This document shows, in pieces, positions 50,843-61,300 of a DNA stretch of 64,000 nt. Both the position numbers and the translations under genes were made by a program. Under the pieces are notes generated by a model, which did not search any database, was not told where the DNA came from, and saw nothing but the letters and a program-made list of their open reading frames with translations. The stretch covers positions 24,056,001 to 24,120,000 of the forward strand of contig OZ004609.1 of NCBI GenBank assembly GCA_963924565.1, given 5' to 3'. The stretch comes from Ascidiella aspersa. Its lineage: Eukaryota. Within the stretch, counting starts at the first letter, position 1; each line of letters opens with the position of its first letter.

Positions 50843-53800
50843 TCGCGTGCTCAGCAGAACACTTTTAACATGTTGCTTTTTCGAACTGCATGCGTAATGT
50901 CGCTGTTAGGACTGTTGTATTCTCTTTTTTTGCACTGTGCAAGTTGCCTGCGCAATAAACGCGTCGTTGAACCGATGGGGTGCTTCCTGTACCTATTGAT
51001 GGGTATTGAAACTGTCCGACGGCGACTTGGATATACGTGACGGAATTCACCGGCGTCGCTGTTTTGTCTGGAAAAATCGGCCCCAGACTCGCCACGTATG
51101 AAAGGTAATTCAAAGGTGCGCGCAATGGTTCGCTGCCACTGCCATTTACCAAGCCCCGTTTCTCCATTAATCACACTGCAAATTCGTCACCGGCGGCATG
51201 TGGCAACACACAACTGTTTCGGCTGCTAGCAAACCAACACCGTCTTTGTTACGTGCAAGGACGAACGCCGCTTGTTTGTAAGAAGCCGGTCGTTGCCGGG
51301 CGCTGTAGATTTGAAAGACGACGAATAATATCTGTTCTAGTGATCGCGGAAAGCCGATCCCAACCAAGAGCTCATTCACGCTCAGGCGCTGCTTTTGTTC
51401 AACCGGGTTTTGCGCGCGGCACTTTTATTGGTTACACATTTCGCCGCACAGTTACCACCTGATTCTGGACTCCCCCCTCAATGTCAGCTCCTTCAACATT
51501 TGAAATTAAGAATGACTTATATTTATTAAAATTCCTGCCTAAACGAATAAAATTATGAGGAGTAGAATACTAAAAAAAAAAACGCTTTGCATTATCGGTA
51601 ACTTAACAATAAAAGACAACGGAATCCAGAAGTTTACCAAGTTTTCGCAGTTTTTATTGTATAACATGCATATTGCATGTTTTATATGTAGGCTACATTA
51701 AAAGCCAAACATAAATATATGTTAACATACTGTATGTGAGAGACTTGAATACACAATTTTCCATTAGAAAACTCATATTAATAAACTATCCAACCTTTTA
51801 ATCTGAGGCCCCTGTTAAGTTATAAATAAACCACTGATGGTGTGAAACAAGACATTTCTAGTGGGATGATTGTGCACGCATTTTTTGCAATTGTAACTCA
51901 AGTAACACATTTTTTTGATAAAACAAAATTCTATATAATATGTATGTAATATACTTTGTTTGGAACTGATGAAGGCCTACTCGCGACCATTATAACTTTA
52001 TGCCGCCTCCAGCATGAGCATTTATAGTTCGGAGATAGGGATGCAAGCTGTTTTACACAATATTTCACATATTTTAAGACAGTAATTGTACACACTTAAA
52101 ACAAGAATACTGTGCGCATATTGTGTGTCATGTTTTGCATTGCGAATGGTGGTGTTGGTTTCACGGGTCCTAATTTAACTATTATGCTCTCATTCAGGTA
52201 CAAATTTCAAAAATAATTTTAGATCGCGCATATAGTTTTGTAAATTTTCAGAAACAGTTCGGATTCCCACGAATATTTACAACCTAAATAGTTAATAAAT
52301 GCTTCAGCATTTTTACGGGATTGCAGGAATTGAGCAAAAAAGCTTTTCAGTATGCTTGGGGTATTTACAATTTTTAGTCTGCAAGCTCTTAATTTCCCGC
52401 CACCCTTTACGTTTTACAGCGATAAACAAAATGCTTATCTGTCTGGGCAGCTCGACTCGATGACCAAACGGTTATCTCGCTGTCCTTGTGTTATTCTTTA
52501 TGTTATTTTGAAATCATGATTAGGCCTAATAAAGTTATAAAATTCGCCATTCAAAAACAAAAACACAAGACGTTGGTAAGCAGTAAACAATACTGAGTCG
52601 GTTCCCTTATCACCCAAATGTGGGACAACTAGTGATGATATAACCAGGTATCAGTTCCAATCCAATGTTGTGTGAAATTCCTAGGTGCGAGTTGCGACCA
52701 CAACCGGTCTTCAGGCAATGTTTTGTAAAAAGGCTGTTTTTGATGGTTTTCTGTCATTTAGAAAAGACAAAGTCCAATTAAATTTATTAGCGAGATGCCA
52801 AATTTTGTAGCGGTTTGCGCTCCTTGTTGTTACCGGTTTGAAACTCCGGTCATTCAATTGAAACAGTCTATTGGATTGTGACGTCGTCATACCAGCCTGC
52901 GTGAATTCATCAAACTGTTAACATATTGCTATACTGAACTCGTGTTTCGTAAATTGCTTAGAATTTCCTGTTTTTCTTAACCGCATTGTTATGAAATTTT
53001 TCATGTTATACCAAAACGAGCAGTCTCGCTGTTCAATTGAGGAGTCCAGATCGCGTACGTACTGAGGTAAATTGATGTATCGTAAGTTACCTGTAAGAAT
53101 TGCTTAACCTTAACCGTTGTCGCAATAAATACTCTTTCATTGTGGTTAAAGCCACAATGTTATATTTTAGGCACCTGCAGACTGTAGCGATCAAACTTTA
53201 TCAGTTTATTCCCGTCCGGTTAACACAATTATATTTTACCACATGCTTATATAGTCTATGACATGTAATATGGTTAAGGAAAAAATATATAGCCTAGTGA
53301 CTTTGCAAAGCACCTGAAACACAATAACAGTCCTAATAAAGCACGAGTTGCCAGTCGGGTATCTGAATGACGTTTAAACAACAAAGCTGGTCTTTTGCAA
53401 GCTATTGAGGCGAAGCGACCATAATCCCGTTTATTGTAAGGAATTTAATAAAGTTTGTGAAGTAGGTGAATTTATTAATGTTTTGAAGTGGTTATCAGTA
53501 CAACTGACTGTTTTAGGTAAAACATCATGATAAGTTTTATAATGATAACTAACAAGTAACAATTGGGCAATAATGACGACAAGATAATTGCTTAGCACAG
53601 CTTATTATCTTTTTTTGGTTTTAGAACGTCCCTTAGGCGTATTTGTAATTTCTATTTGACCGACGATTAACCTACGAGGCAGTGTTATTATAGCGCCGCG
53701 TTTATCATTATCTCTATCCATCAGACACATGACAGTCTCAGAATAGAATTTCGGTTGATGTCAAGCGGAATCGGAAAGCAGAATGCCAGTTGTGACTGTT

Positions 53801-54153
53801 CGTTACACTCTTTCCTGCTTGCATGCAGGCATTCATGCTGCATATATACGCACTGCGCAGTGTCAGAAAAGTAACCTAAGAAACATAACATATATCATAC
53901 TTTCATCAGTTTGTGGAAAAACAGTTCAGTTTGTTGAAAAAGTGCACTGTATAACGGAAGAAAAGCAAGTGTGCAGTGAATTAGTTTTGGATTTTGTCGA
54001 GTTTGCAAACATTTATTAGGTTGTTTGTAAAATTTAAACATGTTATATCGAGAAAGATAGCTGGCAATATACTTTAGCTGAAAATGGAGTGTAGGCTACT
54101 CTGCTTGCTTTAGTGACACGAAGTTTTGTTTTTTAATATACATAACACTATAT

Positions 54154-54762
54154 CAGGGGTGTCCAACACGCGGCACCTAATAAAAATGTCAAAAAAGTAC
54201 TAAATTTCTTATGCAGCCAATTGACATTGTTTATTCACAATATAAAACAATCGCGGCAATTTCGACAACTAACAATTAATTCGGATATTATAACATTATT
54301 ATACTGTAGTGAAGGAGCCTAACATTACCATAATTATATAGCTTAGTGTGAAGAAACAATAAGTAAAAGTCAGCTCACCGACTGACACTTAGATGCAGTA
54401 ATGCGCATTTGTACTAAACAGCCTAAAAGTCGGTTCGGTTCGGATAACGTCATCCAGTTCACAGATAACGCGTTGCCTGCGTTAACGGCAAATTTCCTCG
54501 CTTCTAACCGAAAGCGTCAAAGTTGAAATATTTCAACTTTTCCGCAACCGAAAGCGTTTTTTTTTTAGTTTGAACCAGCCTCAAGGCCAATCTATCTTCA
54601 GAGTTTGGCTGAAAACAAACGTTTGCAAAGAACCAGTTTTGGTCAATTATTATGAATGGTTTGCTTGATTAAATATACACATGTTAGTTACAACCCTTTG
54701 GCACGGGAAGAATATATAAGATAAACATTGACACGTTGGCCTGTTTGAGTTGGACACCCCTG
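54154..54762. mobile_element. hAT-type MITE
   Basis: 14-bp TIR caggggtgtccaac / gttggacacccctg; TSD cactatat/ctctatat. Confidence 0.85.
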
Positions 54763-55345
54763 CTCTATATTCTTCATTTTATTCGCCAATAGGTAGGCTA
54801 TTTGTTGCAGTGTAGGTTGTGTTTAATTAAACACGTGCAGTTTGCCGCGTGTATTGAAGTGTATGACGCCTCAGGCAGAAATGGCGACACGTGAAATAAG
54901 AGTTACGCGCGCAAAAACAATTTTTAAAGTGCCTGTTTAAGGTCGGATTTTGGACAGACAGCAAAGTAGATAAGCTTCTGCTGCCTACAGAAAAATACCG
55001 AAGGAGTCGCGCTTAGCCGCCTACGTCCAGCACCATTCCTTGGTACAGTAGTTGTGCCAGTCAACCTGGTAATTGCTTTGCTGCCTTCTTTCCTCCGTTT
55101 GGGAAGTCGCAACGCCTGACTTGGCTTCATAAACTGAACCTACTATATCCTTGGCAGTTGCCAAAAAATGTCATAAGGAGATAGCCGTCCAACTTTTAAT
55201 AGTGTAACGGTAGTAATTTTAAAACGCCTGTTTGACTATATGCAGGTGTTTTTGATTTGGAAACTACTTTGTCAGATGTTTTTTAGTTTCTGAAGCAATA
55301 TATCAATTTTTGCAGTTGATAACAGCGTAGAAACTGATATCAATC

Positions 55346-58300
55346 ATGTCTTACAATCTGTATCCTAACGTTAAAGATGTAGCTCCTGATGCAGGAGGTA
55401 AGTGGGATAGTGTATTTTGCTAGTTGGCAAAACATTTGGTAAAATATAACAAAGTTTGGCGCTGGTATAGAATCCTACCACATTTATTTTAGCAGTAACG
55501 AAACAAGTTGTCAAAGTTGAAACTGCAAGGGAGGCATAAAAAAACCCAAACGCTAACTCTCACCCAAACCCAAATATTGTTAACAATATAAACCCCAGTC
55601 GAAAATGTGGTAGGATTCCAGACCAGCGCCCAAAGTTTTAAAAAATCATTGCAGTCAGCGTGTTTTGTTCTCGGTGAAACGCAACTTGATCCAGACATAC
55701 GCGACTTCGGTCGCACTACAATAAACTGCAATTATGCAAACGTGTAGTTTTGAATGCCTTACCAGTATTGTTTTGAACCTCTTATGTTGGATAAATAAAG
55801 TTGTCAGGAGACTGTAATGTGTGATACTCAGTTGTGTGTTTAACAACCCTCTCCGACGACGTGGATTTTGTTAATGGCCAATGCCGTTTAGAAACCAATC
55901 GATGCCCTGGCATAATTCCTTAACAAACTAGGCTCCGCGGTTTTACTTCGACAGCCCCATTATTGCGAGTTGTGAATGCATTTCGAAACTACAAGGAACT
56001 GAACCCTGTAAATTCGTGTCACCAGTGCACAGGCGCGGATCTAGGATTTCAGTTTGGGGAGGGCCATGGATTTTTTTCAGATATGACGTCACAAAAGTAT
56101 ACCATTGCGTGACGTCATAATTCAGGTAAAAATAACATCGGCTGGACGAATAAACTAACTCCTGTAAAATAACGCGCAAAACAGACCTTTTGAAAGCACG
56201 AAAAAGTAATAAGGTTAGCCTCTACAGTGAGCCGGTTTCCTAGTTTGACCCGATATGAAGAATATCGCTGAAAGACGCTACTATGTCTATTGTCTACACA
56301 TCTTGCGTTTTCCCGAAAAGGCGAGAGCAACCGCACATGCCACCAAAAAGCGCCGAGGCCACGTCGCAATAAAACCATAGCGCTGTCTGCTGCGGTCAGC
56401 TGTGGTTCTTTCACGACACTTCTCTCAATTTTTAAGTTACTGTAGTTGGTTTTTGCCAAATAAGGTTGCTGAAATAAGCAAAACTTTATGCAGATTTATT
56501 CCTAACATTGGATAGGTTATTCAAATCCTTACACAATGGTCGGCAACCTTTGTATAGTAGTCGCGGGCCAAAAGCAAACTCAAAAAGGTCTCTGCGGACC
56601 GCACAACATATATTAAATGATATTTTGTGTTATTACAACTTAATAACAATTGTGAATCAGGTGGGCCTCGGATTTTTTTGCACTTTTGAAACGTGTTTAT
56701 AATTACTTTTAAGGAGGCAGTAAAATCTTGGCGCAAATTCGCTGAAAAAGCGTATGCTTGGTTTAAAATTCGAGTCCACACGCCGTCATCCCCCTACTAC
56801 TATTAAAAAAGTGTAATAAAACTACTTTAAGAAAACGCGATAAATTTTATAGTTAATCTATTTTAGTGTTAACCATTCGGGGCACACCTGGCGAGCGAAG
56901 CGAGGGCGATTTTTTTGGTATACCGGTATTTCTTTTAAATTTCTTGTTTTTGTTACATTTAAAAAAAATGGGTAAAAAATATTTGTCGATTATGTTTGAA
57001 TACGTTTTCCGTTTGTCCGCGACGAATTTCGCATTTACACACTTAAAATAGTCAAAAAGTATTTAAAATGTGTCCAATTTGTCAAAGAGGCGGCGGGCCG
57101 GATGAAGTATATTGGCAGGCTGGTTCTGATACAGATTTGCATTAACAACAAAAAAGCTTTTAATTGCACTTGGATTTAAGTTAGTTATTAAATAGTCGAG
57201 GTCAGCGTACGGTCACTTAAGCCGTCTCTGCAAATCTGAAAAACGCCGCTTTGCGCGATTGCGCGAAACGAATTTTGTACATCTTTTTTAGTTTGGGGGG
57301 GCCATGGCCATATCGCCCCCCCCTAGGTCCGCCCCTGCCAGTGCGGCAATTCAACCAACGCCAAAATAATGTTTTCCCGCACAACAACTTACATTTTTTG
57401 CCCGCAGTCGACTATGGGAAGTCGGTAAGCGGAATGTACACAGCTTTGACCGATGCCGAGCAGCTGGAACTCAAGATTGACGTTGACCAGCCCGGACGCT
57501 TCCAACAAGCCCTTAAAGTGGTCAGCGGGACGCTCAAAGCTTTAAGCAAGCCAAAATGGTAACCGAGTAATGCTTTAAGCAAGCCAATTTTAGATAAATT
57601 AAATCCGTTTACAGGTTTTCTGTAAATAGTATAAGCATGTTTATTTGAGTATGGAGAATGTTTTTCATGCAAGCAGGGCTGCAAAGTGGTTTAATAATAA
57701 CGTCTCCCCAATAACGGAGTCACTGCGAACCTTCGTATCCGACTCCGGCCAAAAAATTGAACCTGAACCCGAGCCCGGTCAAGTGTGCGATTTCGTCGAG
57801 TCCCTACTCCGGCTTCGACTCCGTAACCCAGAATGCAAAACATAAGAAATATTTATTTGGAATATACAAGGCGCAAACAATATTTCTGGACTTGCGCATG
57901 CCTACGCTTCATTATTGCGTTATTCTGTAAAATGCGATAACCTGCGAATAGCACTGTTAACCAGAAACCCCCTTGCGAAACGCATTAATCGACCGTATTG
58001 TGTCCACGGCGCTTCTCAGAACTGTGTAGGCTTTTTCCGTGGAAATGCCGTCAATTGTACCCACGAGTAAAAACACCAACAAGCACCTAACTCGAAACTG
58101 TTCTTTTTAGGAGCGGAAAGGCGACGACCGCCTTTTTTACGACCTACCTCGACAGAGCAGTCTATAACCAGGAAACAGGGGCTCTCACCGCTCAACTTGC
58201 CGTCTCGCTAAGCGACGGGGGCAAGAGGGAAGGCTCCATCGACGCGGTGGCGCGCAGGAATACGCGCGGCGGGCCTTCTTTCGACGTGACCATCAAGATC

Positions 58301-61300
58301 GAGTCGGCCACGTTCGTCTACAAAGGCGTGACGCGAAAGAGCCAGGTGACATTTGCGGTTCACGCCCCCGCGTTCCGTCTCCGCCTCCTTTTTCCTGTTT
58401 GGGGCGACTTGGCGCGCATCGCCCCCGTCTGATACCCACGTTGCGGCTGTTTCTTTTACTTCGCCACACTCCACATTGCGTGCAAAGGGGGTTCGTGTTC
58501 CAGACGCGACGTGCGCCCCCTTCCCCGTAGGACGAAGTTACTTACCCCGTGCTGAACCCCTTTTACCAGCTCTGGCGCTTTTGTACGCACTCAGACAGGC
58601 CTCTTTCCGCTCGTATAGAGTTCCACTTTTTAAATGCTATTCAGTTCAAATAAAAAAGCTGTCTGTGGCCAGCTTTCAACTATCTAATATGTAAGGTACT
58701 TTGGATGTCAATGTTTGCAGTGCTTTTGTGTTTCGCGCAGTTTTTGTAGTTCCCTTTCCCGTTGTTCTGCCGCAACCAAGCTATTCCCCCTGCGCTTTTA
58801 TTAGGCACACACAGTAAAAATATCAAGCCCATTTAAACCTTGCCTTGAATGACGGAGCTCTTCGCTGAACCCGGTAAAACTTTCTGTTATTTGTGAACAG
58901 AAAAGTCTTCTCACGCAAAACAATTTTGTAGATTTGGGATAATATATACAGTAGGTAGCATTTTGATCTAATAGATATCCTTGATAAACCATAAATACGC
59001 TTTTCACTAAACTCTTCTGGACGTCACACGCTAAATGCTGGAAAGTTTACAGCAGGCAATAGTTAAATATCGTTATGACATGTCATAAACAGTTAAGTTG
59101 CACAAGCTTTTCTGCATGCCACTTTGTAACAAGATGGGTTATTTTTCCAAATAAAAATAAGTTTAGCGACACAAGTAAGAATATTTGGATGCAAATAGTT
59201 TTGAGTGGGTTAACTTTCCCCAACATTTACCTTGTAACCCTTAACCAGAGTTTACCTGCTGAGAACGTGTCCGCCGCCCTGGCAAAGTGCTTTGAATTGT
59301 ACTCGACAACTGTTCTCTGTTGTGCAGCACTATCGTGACATCAAGCTGGACATCGACTATGTGGACAAACTGACGGTTCCAGGCATCCAACTGAAGGACT
59401 TTAACTCCCCAGCATACGGCAATATGAAGGATCGCGAAGTTAACATCGTCACGGCCTTCACAGACGCTGGTCTTAAACTCAACTTTAATATGGACGACAC
59501 AACACAGGTACTTCAACCTAAATAATGATAATTGTTTAATAATCATAATTAAGTTAAAAACATCTGTCGTTCTCGAAAGAACGCAAATCCGCAGCTGAAA
59601 AAAGTCTAATCGTAGGAACAGCGAAAAAATTGCGTTTATTTTGTTTAAATTATCAAAACTTTTCAATGGTTGGTTGAATAAATTTGCTTAAAACGAACCG
59701 AGACGTAGTAAAACAATCGAAAATACCGTCTAAAACTTTCCGGTAGTTTCCGACCCGAAGGTTCCAAAGGGGTCACTAAGGCTTAAAAAAACAATAATAT
59801 AAACTAAAAATCTTGCTGTAGCAAAAAACCACCCCCAGTGTATAAGGGGCCAAACGCACCCCAAACAATTATGTTTATGGCATTTTAGGTCACAGACCGT
59901 GTTTATGACGTCACTATTCGCGTGTTTTTGATCAATGGCTGAAGCATAGCTTCTGTCAAATAGTCATGTCTAATAAAAATAAGAATAATTGCCATTTTTT
60001 GAGCCCCAGGACTCGTTTTGTAAAAGTTCTATGTAACAACATTCAAGATAATATAAATACATACATAAAATGACGGCTATACAATTTTTTATAATCTTTA
60101 TTTAGCTCATACAAACCTTTAATAAATTAATCAATATTGTGTTTTTTAGGTTAATGTAAAGGTTTGCTAGGTAAACCAATTTTTTATTTGTACGTTATTA
60201 CGGCACAAGAGAATTTCCTTCTGTGGGATCAAAACGTGGCAATGATGCGACTGGACGCTTAATCAGCTACTCAAGTTGGTTGGCGATACTGTAAAAATAT
60301 ATGTATATTATGATTTTAAAAATGTTATTTTTGAAACAAAATCGCGAGAACGAAAAGTTTTTGAACGAAGGGTTTTAGACTGATGACTGGAAAACCGGTA
60401 TATAACATGAAACATCGCTTGAAATTAACAGACCAGTATATTTAGTTGAATAAAAGCAGTCGCATCAGTTTGTGCGAAAAGAACAAGCAAGTCTTTGACG
60501 GCCAAATTATTGTACATAAAATGCAAATAGGTAAAAACGTCTTTCAAAGACAATCAATTTTTTATGATTTCCGGTTTTTGTGGTTTAATGCGTTTTATGC
60601 CGCGAGAGTTGCAAGTAAAAGGCCGTCACACCTCTTCGTGCGGTTTTAACCGCTTGCTTCGCAATCACGGTAACCGATTTTTTCTTTTCATGAAGGTTGA
60701 AGATCCAACGCCATACACACCGTGGTCGAAGGATGACATGGTCAAGGTGATGGATAAAAACTTCCAACAAGGCGCGTACTTCGACGACAGCATCTGGTGT
60801 CTCATGGCCACCCACCCGCCGGACGATCGATACATGGGGTTCTCGTTCGACTTTGAAAACAAGAGGGGTTTTGGCCTGTTTCTCGGGTAAATGAAACCCC
60901 CTTGATATACCTATTTAGTCATTTATCTCTGTTCACATTGCCGGTTCGCTTTTCCCCTAAAGCAGGTGCTTTGTCTTGTTTAAAGGGACCGGAGATATCT
61001 GTCTAAAATTTCAACAAGACAAAACATTATTTTACACGTTTTTTTTCCCAAACCTCAAACAGAGTTTAATACCTATCCATCTTGCCTGAAAACGGAAAAT
61101 TTTCGATATCATACTTTATCTCAAAGAGTTTGGGTGGCTTGAGAAAAATGTTTCCCGACGGCAGGATTTGTGTGGTTTGCTTTTGTATTATCATGTAGTG
61201 TAGATTAAATAGATGATAATTTAAAGGCTATTTTTTTTTAATTTTTAACATCTATCATAACAAAGCAACATTTTTTTTCCAATATTGAGTCACTGTCAAG

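Noticed and set aside
50851-51462. GC-rich stretch with several 70-107-aa ORFs on the minus strand right after the CCDC40 stop
   Set aside because: The frames do not join into a continuous ORF and show no recognisable motif. The region ends at AATAAA ~51546 and is best read as the CCDC40 3' UTR.
51965-51990. CTGATGAAGGCC, resembling a hammerhead 5' core
   Set aside because: No GAAA and no properly paired stem II follow.
55358-55372. LYPNV near the protease N-terminus, resembling an ALIX-binding LYPxL motif
   Set aside because: An imperfect match to a short motif that is likely to occur by chance without conservation data.
57674-57832. GACTCC-rich segment with a 66-aa ORF
   Set aside because: It looks like a degenerate transposon subterminal repeat (tccgactcc motifs); ends and TSD are not definable, and it is not coding.
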